A stretch of 36,880 bases of DNA, taken from NCBI GenBank assembly GCA_042219045.1, contig JBDGQO010000038.1, positions 18,821 to 55,700 on the forward strand, given 5' to 3'. Each line of letters opens with the position of its first letter. Positions within the stretch are counted from its first letter, which is position 1. Source of the stretch: Candidatus Bipolaricaulia bacterium (GTDB taxonomy: Bacteria > Bipolaricaulota > Bipolaricaulia > RBG-16-55-9). A model generated the notes under the pieces. It ran no database searches and was not told the DNA's origin. It saw nothing but the letters and a program-made list of their open reading frames with translations. Both the position numbers and the translations under genes were made by a program. Shown one piece after another: positions 1 through 8,939 of the stretch.

Positions 1-102
1 CTTCTCGTCGGGTTGTTCGCGCTGATAGCGGCCATCGTGCTCGGATCAGCGATCTGGTCTGATCTGGTCAGCCGCGGCGACGACACGTACAAGTACCATT
101 GA
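1..102 (+). CDS. 3' end of a membrane protein gene (partial, runs off window)
   Basis: Frame 1 reads LLVGLFALIAAIVLGSAIWSDLVSRGDDTYKYH* with one hydrophobic helix; stop TGA at 100-102. Confidence 0.55.
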   Translation, partial: LLVGLFALIAAIVLGSAIWSDLVSRGDDTYKYH

Positions 103-219
103 CTTCGGATTACACTCGGATGACACCGAGAGGCGCTAGCACACTTACGAACTAATTGATGCGGATGCTTTTACGTGTTAGCGTCGCCCCGTGGCAGTCC
201 TAGGGAGGAGGCGTTGCCC

Positions 220-1152
220 ATGACGTGTCGATCTCGAGCGCTAGCGACCGCAAGCCTCGTGGCGCTGGTGGGCACAGCCATCGCCGTTCCCTTGTCGGGG
301 GCCAGCTCAAACGATTGCCGCATTGCCATGTCGGACGATGCAAACGTTCCCGCACACCAAGTCGTCCAGCCGGGCAAGCTGATCGAGGCGACCTACACGA
401 CGCAGGCCGTGGACGGCGATTGGACCGTCGACACGGATGTCGCAGCCGAGCACGGGCGAATCCTGGGCCAGGCGACCGATGTCGAGCTCTCGGAAGGCGA
501 TGAGCGCGAGATCGTCGTGCGCTTCTCGATTGGCGATGTCCCCGAGGGCACCTACTCGATCGGCATCTTCAGCTCTGCAACCTGCACCTCGGGGGATGGC
601 GACAAGCGCACCACGTACGGCTTCGAGGTCACGGTAGCCTCGACACCTCCCGGCGACGTCGCGGATCCCCAAGACGATCACGTCGCGAAAGCCGACGGAC
701 GATCGGCGGAGGGCGCGGACGCCGTCGATTTGACGCGAGCCGAGGCGACGCTCGATGGCGCCACCGCGCGGTTCCGGCTGTCGGTTGCTGACGCGGTGCC
801 GAGCCTTGATAAGGACGCGCCCCTCCAGATCGGCTGTTACTTGGACACGTTCGGGTCGGCGACGCTGCTGGAGCCCTTCGACCCTCGGGGCTTTGAGCGA
901 TTTGCCCGAGTCAGCTGGCACTCGGACGAGGCGACAACCCGCGTGACGGATAGCCGCCGTGAGCCGACATCCGATCGCCTCAACGTCCAGCTGCGCGACG
1001 AGCGAAGTGTCGTCAAAATGGCAATCAGCGGTTTGAATCTGAGCGAAGCGGACGCTTGGCTCTGCTTCGCGGAGACCGACACAGGGGAAACGGCGCTCCT
1101 GGACGTCGTCCCCAACCACGGCGGGCCGTACCGAGGCTGGTTGTCGAATTAA
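220..1152 (+). CDS. Secreted hypothetical protein, probably two beta-rich domains
   Basis: GGAGGAGG RBS before ATG 220; signal-peptide-like N-terminus (RSRALATASLVALVGTAIAVPLSGA); acidic, beta-strand-rich sequence. Confidence 0.7.
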   Translation: MTCRSRALATASLVALVGTAIAVPLSGASSNDCRIAMSDDANVPAHQVVQPGKLIEATYTTQAVDGDWTVDTDVAAEHGRILGQATDVELSEGDEREIVVRFSIGDVPEGTYSIGIFSSATCTSGDGDKRTTYGFEVTVASTPPGDVADPQDDHVAKADGRSAEGADAVDLTRAEATLDGATARFRLSVADAVPSLDKDAPLQIGCYLDTFGSATLLEPFDPRGFERFARVSWHSDEATTRVTDSRREPTSDRLNVQLRDERSVVKMAISGLNLSEADAWLCFAETDTGETALLDVVPNHGGPYRGWLSN

Positions 1153-1164
1153 AGCTTCGACGAA

Positions 1165-2196
1165 CTACGGTTCGAGGAGCAGCTTGCCGAACCGTTCGCC
1201 CGCCTCGAGCGCCCGTTGCGCCTCGGCAGCCCGCTCCAGCGGGTACCGCCGGTCGATCACGGGCCGAACCACGCCGTCCTGGACGAGCCGCAGCAAGGCC
1301 TCGAGCTCGGACCTCTCGCCCAAGTAGAGCCCGTGGATGCTCAAGTGCCGCAGGTAGGTCTGGTGCAGGCTGAGCTCCACGTCCATGCCGGTCATCTTGC
1401 CGCACAGCAGCAGTCGTCCGCCCTTCTGCAACACCCCGAAGCCCGTGGGAAACGTCTGTGCACCGACCGAGTCGAGCACGAGTTCAACGCCCTCGCCCTC
1501 GGTGAACGCATCCACGGTGGAGGCGACGTCGTCGGCATGGTGGTTGAGAACGAGATCGGCCCCGAGCGCCTCCAGATCCGGTCGTTGGTGGGGCGCTCCG
1601 ACCGTGGCGATCACGTGGGCGCCCCGATGGCGCGCGACCTGCACCGCAAACGTTCCCAGCCCGCCGGAGCCGCCCCAAATCAACGCGGTCTCGCCCGGTT
1701 CGAGCCGACCCACGCTCGTCAGCGCGTGGTAGGCCGTCAGTCCCGCCACGGGCAGCGTGGCCGCCGTGTCCAGCGGGACCGACTCAGGCAACGGGATCAG
1801 GCTTTCGGCGGGAACGCGGACGTAGTCGGCGTAGCTGCCAGGGCGGTGCAGGCCGATGTATTGCCAGTTGGCGCACAGCGCCCGGTGGCCCTTGCGGCAC
1901 AGCGCGCAGTCGCCGCAGGCGACCAAGGGCCACGACACCACGCGATCCCCTTCGGTGACTTCCTCGACGTCCGTGGCGACGTCGACGACCGTTCCGGCGA
2001 CGTCGGCACCCGGGACATGGGGGAAGTCGAGCGTCATGCCCGGGTAGCCGCCCCGCACGAAGAGGTCAATGCGGTTCACGCTCGTGGCGCCGACCTGGAC
2101 GAGCGCTTCGCCGGACCGGATTTCGGGGGCGGGCACGTCCGTCCGGTCGTCGAGCACGCCGGCATCTCCGTGGCGGTTCAAGACGATGGCACGCAT
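1165..2196 (-). CDS. Zinc-binding MDR-family alcohol dehydrogenase / quinone oxidoreductase-like protein
   Basis: Structural Zn cluster CGDCALCRKGHRALC, GGSGGLG nucleotide-binding motif, C-terminal GKLLL; SVNRID replaces the catalytic Cys motif. Confidence 0.9.
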   Translation of the reverse strand: MRAIVLNRHGDAGVLDDRTDVPAPEIRSGEALVQVGATSVNRIDLFVRGGYPGMTLDFPHVPGADVAGTVVDVATDVEEVTEGDRVVSWPLVACGDCALCRKGHRALCANWQYIGLHRPGSYADYVRVPAESLIPLPESVPLDTAATLPVAGLTAYHALTSVGRLEPGETALIWGGSGGLGTFAVQVARHRGAHVIATVGAPHQRPDLEALGADLVLNHHADDVASTVDAFTEGEGVELVLDSVGAQTFPTGFGVLQKGGRLLLCGKMTGMDVELSLHQTYLRHLSIHGLYLGERSELEALLRLVQDGVVRPVIDRRYPLERAAEAQRALEAGERFGKLLLEP

Positions 2197-2288
2197 AGCC
2201 CAATTAGCCTATCGCAAAGCGCACACGGCTTCGAAGCGGCTCGCTTGATGAACCGAGCACATGCGGCTACCATTCGGGCAGAGCCATT

Positions 2289-2936
2289 ATGAATGACCCA
2301 CACGACCCGGCACCGAAGCATGATGACGATCCGTCGCCGTCCCCACAAGACGACCCGATCGGCGACGCCGAGTCGTCTCAAGATGCGCCAAAGGACCAGG
2401 GGGCTTCGGCCTCCGATCAGCGTGCGGAGGTAGCCGGAGCAACGCCCGACGAGCACCCGTATGCCACGGGCGACGTCGTCACCGGCGAGGTCGTCAACAT
2501 CAAGCCCTATGGCGCGTTTGTTCAGCTGCCAGACGGCGCAACGGGGCTCGTGCATATATCGGAAGTTGATGAGGCCTACGTCAAGGATGTCAACGATTAT
2601 TTGAGCAAAGGCCAAGAAATACCCGTCAAGGTCGTCGGTATCCACGACTCGGGCAAATACAATCTGTCCATTCGACGGCTCACAAGCCGCGAGCGGGACG
2701 CGGCGTTCCACTCGCGCGAGATGCGCGACTTCAGCCGCGAGTTGGAAATGCGCCGGGACGAGATCCAGCGTGAAGCGCGCTGGCGCCGAGCCGCCCAAGA
2801 CGAGCCGGATGAGCATCTGATCTCACACGAGGCCGAGCGCGCCGAACTGGAAGCCTGGATCGAGAAGGCCCGCCACTTTACGGATCAGGCCCGCCAGAAG
2901 AGCGAGGAACGCTCGCGATCCTACCCGTTGCTGTAG
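2289..2936 (+). CDS. S1 RNA-binding domain protein (YugI/GSP13-like) with acidic N-terminal extension
   Basis: GDVVTGEVVNIKPYGAFV...GLVHISEV...LSIRR is a canonical S1 domain. Confidence 0.88.
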   Translation: MNDPHDPAPKHDDDPSPSPQDDPIGDAESSQDAPKDQGASASDQRAEVAGATPDEHPYATGDVVTGEVVNIKPYGAFVQLPDGATGLVHISEVDEAYVKDVNDYLSKGQEIPVKVVGIHDSGKYNLSIRRLTSRERDAAFHSREMRDFSRELEMRRDEIQREARWRRAAQDEPDEHLISHEAERAELEAWIEKARHFTDQARQKSEERSRSYPLL

Positions 2937-3032
2937 CGCGCTTGCCAACCCCGCATCGTTGCCGGAGCCCATTTGCCGCTTTCGGTCCCCGCGTGCTACA
3001 TTGACGCTATTGTTCGGCAAGGAGGTGCCCAC

Positions 3033-4463
3033 ATGGGTCAGCGGGTCGCACTCGTGACCATTGCTATTGCTTTGTTGACCCTCATCGCCGGCTGCGGACT
3101 CTTCGTGCCGGCCCCCCCCGCCCAGATCAGCGGCACCGTCGTCAACGCGACGGGCGGCGAGCCGGTGATCGGCAGTCGTGTTGAGATTCAAGGCCAAGAG
3201 ACCGGTTTCTCCACGGTCTTGCACACCGACGGACGCGGCCAGTTTGAAGCGCGCGTGGAGCCGGATCGCTACACCATTGACGTAACGAAGAAAGGCTACG
3301 GAGACAGCCGGGTGATCAACCTGAGTGTGCAGAAGTCAACCGACATTCGCATCGTGCAGCGCGAGGTCTTCAATCCGGATTGGCCGACGCAGCCCCCGGA
3401 GATCAACCTCCAGGGCGTGAGCGACGGCGACGCGTTCCGGGGAAAGATTCCCTATCGCATCGACGCGAGCGGCGCGAACACGATCACCTCAATCTACGCG
3501 GCACTGGACAAGATGCCCGGCTCATCGTTCATGACCGCGCCACGGGCTTTCTTCTCCGAGACGCCCACCTCGGGCGATCAGAAGCTTGATCCGCGGCTGT
3601 TCAGCGCGCGCGGGCCGACGACGTTCCACGCCGTGGTCTACGACATCAACGGCAACCGGACCCATCTGATTCGGCACATCAACGTGGTCCCCGCCGCGGG
3701 CGAGCTGACCGCGCCCAAGAAACCGCATGCGATCGCGGTCACGCTCGGGCAACAGATCGAATTTTACGGCCTGAAGGGCCAAGCTGCCCCGATCGACAGC
3801 AACGTCTACGTCACCGTTGACTGGAAGCCAAGCGACGCATCGGGACTGACCGGGTATCGAGTCTACCGCAGCTTCGACGGCTCGAATTTTGAGCCCATTG
3901 GCAAGGTCCACGCAGGCCGAACCCAGTTCCGCGACAGCTCCGGCCAGTTGGCGGTCGGCAAGCAAGCTTACTACAAGGTGACCGCCCTTCGCGGGGCTGA
4001 GGAGAGCGCCGCCACCGACGTCGTCTCCGCCGAGCCCCTGGAACCCTTCAGCGTCCAGCTGATCTCGCCCACGGACGAGGCGACGGGCGTCAGCCGCCAG
4101 CCCACGTTCAAGTGGCGTCCGACCCAGCGCGTGGCGCTGTATCACCTCTACGGCGTCATCGTGTACGACACGTTCGGCAGCAACCGCTGGGTTACTCCGG
4201 ACAAACCCGAAGAGTTCGTCATCAACCAGACGTCGTATCGCTGGAACCGGAACAACCGCCACGACGGCACGCCCTGGGAACGGCTCCAGCCCCAGCGCCA
4301 CTACCAGTGGGAAGTTCCCTACGCCGTCGCCGTGGACAACCTGGAGAACCCGACAGCCGTCTCCGTGGCCGCCAACAGCTTCGGCCTCGAGCACGATGCC
4401 ATCCCGATCCAGGAGATCGGCCTCGCTCCGACCCAGAACTTCGGCTTCACCACGGGCGAGTGA
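3033..4463 (+). CDS. Lipoprotein with carboxypeptidase-regulatory-like and fibronectin type III domains
   Basis: GGAGG RBS; lipobox LIAGC; ISGTVVNATGGEPV...TDGRGQF; FnIII signature W...GYRVYRS...YYKVTA. Confidence 0.8.
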   Translation: MGQRVALVTIAIALLTLIAGCGLFVPAPPAQISGTVVNATGGEPVIGSRVEIQGQETGFSTVLHTDGRGQFEARVEPDRYTIDVTKKGYGDSRVINLSVQKSTDIRIVQREVFNPDWPTQPPEINLQGVSDGDAFRGKIPYRIDASGANTITSIYAALDKMPGSSFMTAPRAFFSETPTSGDQKLDPRLFSARGPTTFHAVVYDINGNRTHLIRHINVVPAAGELTAPKKPHAIAVTLGQQIEFYGLKGQAAPIDSNVYVTVDWKPSDASGLTGYRVYRSFDGSNFEPIGKVHAGRTQFRDSSGQLAVGKQAYYKVTALRGAEESAATDVVSAEPLEPFSVQLISPTDEATGVSRQPTFKWRPTQRVALYHLYGVIVYDTFGSNRWVTPDKPEEFVINQTSYRWNRNNRHDGTPWERLQPQRHYQWEVPYAVAVDNLENPTAVSVAANSFGLEHDAIPIQEIGLAPTQNFGFTTGE

Positions 4464-4498
4464 TCAGCATGGGAATTGACAAAGGAGGCATTGCTGGC

Positions 4499-6667
4499 AT
4501 GATTCGACCCCTGAAAGGCGCGGTATCCGTCGCCCTACTCGTCCTGACGATGGGAGCATTGGCCGGATGCGGCGTCTCGGTCTCGCTGCCCGGTCCGTTC
4601 GCCAATGGCGGATCGAGCCCGTCGAGCGCGACCTACGCGGGCGAGTGGTTCGACGGCGAAATCCTCGTCGGCTACGAGAGCGAGGCTGAGCTTGCCCGGA
4701 TCGTGAGCGATCTAGGGGGACAGATTACCAACGCCGTCGAGCGCATCCGCGTGGCGAACGTCGGCCTGCCATCGGGAATGAGCGTGGCCGACACCGTGCA
4801 GCGCCTGAACCGTCGGAATCCCGACGGCCTCCGCTACGCCCAGCCCAACTACATCCGTGACTACGTGAAGCCGGAACGGTCGGAACTGGACTCATCTGAG
4901 GCAATCGCCCAGAACGCCTCAGCGCAACAGCGCTCCGGCCGCTTCGACGACCCGCTCACCTCGAGCCAGTACGCACTCGACGCCATGAATGCCCGACCTG
5001 CGTGGACGCAGGCCACGGGTCAGGGGATTACCATCGGCATCTCCGACACGGGCTTTGACGGCACGCATCCGGAGATCCAGGGCAAGACGGTCCCCGGCAA
5101 GCACTGCGGCTCCGGCGAGGAGATACCGGCTGACGCCGATGCGACTCAGCAGGAATTCGCTCACGGCACCCACGTCGCCGGCATTGCCGCCGCTCGGGGC
5201 GACAACGGCGCCGGCATCGTCGGCGTCGCCCCCGATGCTCAGTTGATGGATCTGAAGGTCTTCGACGCCGAGCGGGCCAGCGAGACCAACGGCAGCGGTT
5301 GGGTTGGGGACGCCAACGTCGCCGAATGCCTCATCTGGGCCGGCTTAATCGGTCCCGATGGCGCGAAGAACTCGGGCGACGAGGCCGACGTCATCAACGC
5401 GAGTTGGGGGGCACCGATCCCTGGCTTCTACGACAATGCCATCAAGGAAGCGATCGACGTCCTGCGCGCCAACGGCGTCGTCTTCGTCAACTCCATGGGC
5501 AACAGCTCCCAGGACTGGATCACGTATCCCACGGGCCATCCGGGCGTCTTGGCAGTTGGCGCCACCAACGCCCAAGGCAAGATTGGCGATTTCTCCACGC
5601 GGGGCTTCATGATCTCGGTCTCGGCGCCCGGCGTGCGCGTTTTGTCATCGGTACCGACCTGGATCAAGCAGCCAAATGGCGAGTCGACGGGCTACATGTA
5701 CTTCAACGGCACGTCGATGGCCGCGCCCCAAGTCGCGGGCGCGGTCGCGCTGCTCAAGGAAAAGTTCCCCGAGGCGACGCCGTATCAGCTCCAGGCGATC
5801 CTGGAGCAGACGGCGGACGATCTCGGGCGAGCCGGTTTTGACCATGCGTCTGGCCATGGCCGGGTCGACTTGGCCGAGGCGCTGAGCGCGACGCAACTCC
5901 CCTCGGACGGGGCCCGCGTGAACGTGAAGGTCACCACGGCCAACCCGCGCGACACCAACGGTGACGGGAACCTGACCGATGCCGATCAAGCGCCCGGCGT
6001 CCCGTTCACCGACGTCCTGTTGCGCAAGGACGGCCAACTCGAGTATCTGGCCCAGACGAACGCTCGGGGCAATGCCGCGTTTGTCGGCATTGAACCCGGC
6101 GTCTACGACGTCGAGGTCGCCGGCGGCGACGCGGGGCTCTACAACTACCGCTCCGCCAACCGCCTCCGGACCCAGACCCGCGTCCGGGCGACCTCGGGCG
6201 AGACCTCCAACGCCGACGTCCAATTCAACACCGACCTGACCGTCCACATCCGCTGGGAGGCGGACACCGACGTCGATCTGCTCGTGCGCGAGCCGCGCCT
6301 GGGCAAGACCGACGACGCGGAACGCGCAGCCCAGTGGGTGAGCCCCAAGGGCGGCGCCCAATGGGGCACCTTCAGCGAGGACGCCACGGGCACCAAGTCC
6401 GGCACCAAGCGCGAACGCTACGACCTGAACGAGATCCACTATCCGTATGCGCCCTACGTGCTGGGCCTCTCTGCCCAGAACGCCAGCGGCCCCGTTGAGG
6501 TGGACGTCGTGGTGGAACAGAACGGCTACGCGCAGAACTACGGCCCGTTCACGCTCCAGCCGGGCGAGGTGCTGCCCTCGACCGAGTGGAGCGACTGGTG
6601 GGAGAACAACCCCAAGCCCGACCAGGGCTTCCCCGAACCCGGTCCGGGCGCACCCTGGGTCTACTGA
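4499..6667 (+). CDS. S8 (subtilisin-family) serine peptidase lipoprotein
   Basis: AAAGGAGG RBS; lipobox ALAGC; triad motifs ISDTG, HGTHVAG, GTSMAAP; C-terminal extra domains. Confidence 0.93.
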   Translation: MIRPLKGAVSVALLVLTMGALAGCGVSVSLPGPFANGGSSPSSATYAGEWFDGEILVGYESEAELARIVSDLGGQITNAVERIRVANVGLPSGMSVADTVQRLNRRNPDGLRYAQPNYIRDYVKPERSELDSSEAIAQNASAQQRSGRFDDPLTSSQYALDAMNARPAWTQATGQGITIGISDTGFDGTHPEIQGKTVPGKHCGSGEEIPADADATQQEFAHGTHVAGIAAARGDNGAGIVGVAPDAQLMDLKVFDAERASETNGSGWVGDANVAECLIWAGLIGPDGAKNSGDEADVINASWGAPIPGFYDNAIKEAIDVLRANGVVFVNSMGNSSQDWITYPTGHPGVLAVGATNAQGKIGDFSTRGFMISVSAPGVRVLSSVPTWIKQPNGESTGYMYFNGTSMAAPQVAGAVALLKEKFPEATPYQLQAILEQTADDLGRAGFDHASGHGRVDLAEALSATQLPSDGARVNVKVTTANPRDTNGDGNLTDADQAPGVPFTDVLLRKDGQLEYLAQTNARGNAAFVGIEPGVYDVEVAGGDAGLYNYRSANRLRTQTRVRATSGETSNADVQFNTDLTVHIRWEADTDVDLLVREPRLGKTDDAERAAQWVSPKGGAQWGTFSEDATGTKSGTKRERYDLNEIHYPYAPYVLGLSAQNASGPVEVDVVVEQNGYAQNYGPFTLQPGEVLPSTEWSDWWENNPKPDQGFPEPGPGAPWVY

Positions 6668-6683
6668 TCATCTTTCCCGAACC

Positions 6684-6729
6684 GCCATTCGAGCCCTTCC
6701 GTCGTCGCGCGCGGGAGGGCTCGGGTGGC
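6684..6729 (+). terminator. Long GC-rich stem-loop after the S8 gene (terminator-like, no U-tract)
   Basis: GCCATTCGAGCCCTTCCG pairs with CGGGAGGGCTCGGGTGGC (about 18 bp, G-U pairs on the + strand). Confidence 0.55.
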
Positions 6730-6743
6730 ATACCCGTCCCACG

Positions 6744-7532
6744 TTGAAAATCCGTCTGTTCGCCAGCGGCTCCAGCGGCAACTGCGCCCTCGTGGCTGCC
6801 GGGGACACGCAGATCCTCATCGACGCCGGGATCCCCCGATCTCGCGTCATGGACGGACTCGAAACCATGGGCGCGGATCCGTCGCGGATCGACGCGCTGC
6901 TGCTCACCCACGAGCACAGCGACCACGCGGGCGAAGCCCGACGCTACGCGTCCCATTGGCAATGTCCCATCTATGCCAGCCGACGGACCGGCCAGAAGCT
7001 CAAGCACCTTCCGCTCGGCATTCGCGACGTCGAATCTTTCCAGATCGGGGACCGCATCGATATCGGATCGTTGACCGTCGAGCCGATCCGCGTCTTCCAC
7101 GACGCCACGGAACCGGCCGGCTTCCTCGTGCGGGGGCCCTCAGAGGTGGACGGAGGGGACGGCACACTCGCTTACGCGGTCGACTTGGGCACCGTGCAGA
7201 AGCCGCTCGCCCGGCGCCTGCGCGAGGTCGACGGGCTCGTCATCGAGGCCAATCATGATCTCGACATGCTCATCAACGGCCCGTACGCCTGGCACCACAA
7301 GCAGCGCATCCGCAGCCCCGTCGGGCATCTGTCCAATCAGTCCGCGGCGGAGCTGATCGCCGATCTCGCCCAGCACGGGCGCCTGCGCAAGGCGATGCTC
7401 GCCCACTTGAGCGAGACGAACAATCGGCCCGAGCTGGCGCTGGAGACGGTCCAGAACCGACTTGATGCGCTGTTCAACTGCGAAGTCGTCGTTGCGCCGC
7501 GCGGTGAGCCGAGCCCCTTGATCGAGCTTTAA
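6744..7532 (+). CDS. MBL-fold metallo-hydrolase (YycJ/WalJ-like)
   Basis: ASGSSGNC, IDAG, THEHSDH, HDATEP, IEANHD, GHLSN, HLSETNN; probable TTG start. Confidence 0.88.
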   Translation: MKIRLFASGSSGNCALVAAGDTQILIDAGIPRSRVMDGLETMGADPSRIDALLLTHEHSDHAGEARRYASHWQCPIYASRRTGQKLKHLPLGIRDVESFQIGDRIDIGSLTVEPIRVFHDATEPAGFLVRGPSEVDGGDGTLAYAVDLGTVQKPLARRLREVDGLVIEANHDLDMLINGPYAWHHKQRIRSPVGHLSNQSAAELIADLAQHGRLRKAMLAHLSETNNRPELALETVQNRLDALFNCEVVVAPRGEPSPLIEL

Positions 7533-7707
7533 CGGGGCGATGCCCATCTGTAGCGATCCGAATATGGATGGCCCCGGCGAACGCCCATCACCGAAATCGC
7601 CCTGCGAGGCGCGCGTTGGGAGGTGAGCGACCGCTGCCCGTCCCCTGCTGTTTCCTTTAGTCGTGCGCTGTGACCGATCGCGCAGCCCGCACGTCGAGGC
7701 GCATCCC

Positions 7708-7749
7708 GTAAGGTGCCTTACGGCGTCCCTCGCGGCTGTGCGGTAGCCT
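7708..7749 (+). promoter_or_regulatory. Palindromic activator-like site GTAAG-N4-CTTAC, 22 nt before a TAGCCT -10 box
   Basis: CCGTAAGG-TG-CCTTACGG at 7706-7723, TAGCCT at 7744-7749; the same architecture recurs at 36221-36262. Confidence 0.55.
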
Positions 7750-7796
7750 GTCCCATCACCGAACGGAAATCGGAAATCCCAAAGGAGGAGGTCCGC

Positions 7797-8897
7797 GTGG
7801 GGATCCCGCACAAGCATGCTGACATGCTCGTCCGACAGTCTCATCCCTATAACGCCGAGCCCCCGCTGCACCTGTTGCAACAGCATCTGATCACGCCGAT
7901 CGAGCGCTTCTACGTGCGCAATCACGGCAACATTCCCGAGATCGACACCGAGACGTTCCGATTGTCGGTTTCGGGGCTCGTTGAGCAAGAGCTGCGGCTT
8001 TCACTCGACGAACTGGCGTCCGAGTTTCCGACAGCCACGGTGACGGCGACGTTGCAATGCGCTGGCAACCGCCGCGATGAGCTCATGGCCGTGCGTGACA
8101 TCCCGGGCGACGTTCCATGGGCAGCCCAGACCATCAGCAACGCCGTCTGGCGCGGGGTGGCGCTGCGTGACGTCCTCGACGCCGCCGGTCTCCGTGACGA
8201 TGCCCGGCATGTGGCGTTCCTCGGCCTGGACGAAATCGACAAGGACGGCCAGATCATCCACTTCGGCGGCTCGGTTCCGATCGAGAAAGCGTGTCAGCCC
8301 AGCGTATTATTGGCCCTCGAGATGAACGGCGAGCCGCTGCCGCCCGAGCACGGCTACCCGCTGCGAGTCGTGGTCCCCGGCTACATCGGCGCGCGCAGCG
8401 TCAAGTGGCTGAGCCAAATCACGGTCCAATCGCACCCGTCGACGAACCACTATCAGGCTCGATCGTACAAGCTCTTTCCCCCACACGTTGACGCCGACTC
8501 CGCCGACTGGGAGCAGGGCCTTATGCTGGGCGAGTTGTCCATCAACTCGGTCATCGCGACGCCCCAGCAGGGAGAGACCCTGTCCGCGGGCAATGCGCAG
8601 CTGAGCGGCTACGCCATGGCCGGCGGCGACCGGACCGTCGCGCGGGTTGACGTCTCGCCGGATGGCGGTCAGCGCTGGGTCGAGGCGACGCTGCTCGATG
8701 GAGAGGGTTCCGACAGCCCGTGGGCCTGGGTCTTTTGGGAGGCCGACGTCGAGTTGACTCCGGGCCAGCATGAGCTCGTCGTGCGCGCCTGGGATTCGGC
8801 AGCCAACACCCAGCCGGAGTCCGTCGCCCCGCTATGGAACTTCAAGGGCTACATGAACAACGCCTGGCACCGCGTGCGCGTCAGCGTCGAGGGCTGA
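7797..8897 (+). CDS. Molybdopterin-dependent sulfite oxidase (SO family), no signal peptide or haem domain
   Basis: AAAGGAGG RBS with GTG start; PYNAEPP, FYVRNHG, LQCAGNRR (Mo-ligand Cys), HGYPLR, GARSVKWL, WNFKGYMNNAWHRV. Confidence 0.92.
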   Translation: MGIPHKHADMLVRQSHPYNAEPPLHLLQQHLITPIERFYVRNHGNIPEIDTETFRLSVSGLVEQELRLSLDELASEFPTATVTATLQCAGNRRDELMAVRDIPGDVPWAAQTISNAVWRGVALRDVLDAAGLRDDARHVAFLGLDEIDKDGQIIHFGGSVPIEKACQPSVLLALEMNGEPLPPEHGYPLRVVVPGYIGARSVKWLSQITVQSHPSTNHYQARSYKLFPPHVDADSADWEQGLMLGELSINSVIATPQQGETLSAGNAQLSGYAMAGGDRTVARVDVSPDGGQRWVEATLLDGEGSDSPWAWVFWEADVELTPGQHELVVRAWDSAANTQPESVAPLWNFKGYMNNAWHRVRVSVEG

Positions 8898-8939
8898 CGC
8901 GCACGCCCGCGCCATACAGCGCTGCCTCGCCAGGGGCAC

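Noticed and set aside
4112..4498. N-terminal extension of the S8 ORF (likewise the ORF-track starts at 6447, 12365, 15884 and 16674)
   Set aside because: They overlap upstream genes; RBS position and domain boundaries support the downstream starts.
7670..7796. Moco riboswitch
   Set aside because: The resemblance is only loose, and the inferred TSS near 7756 would exclude most of the structure from the transcript.
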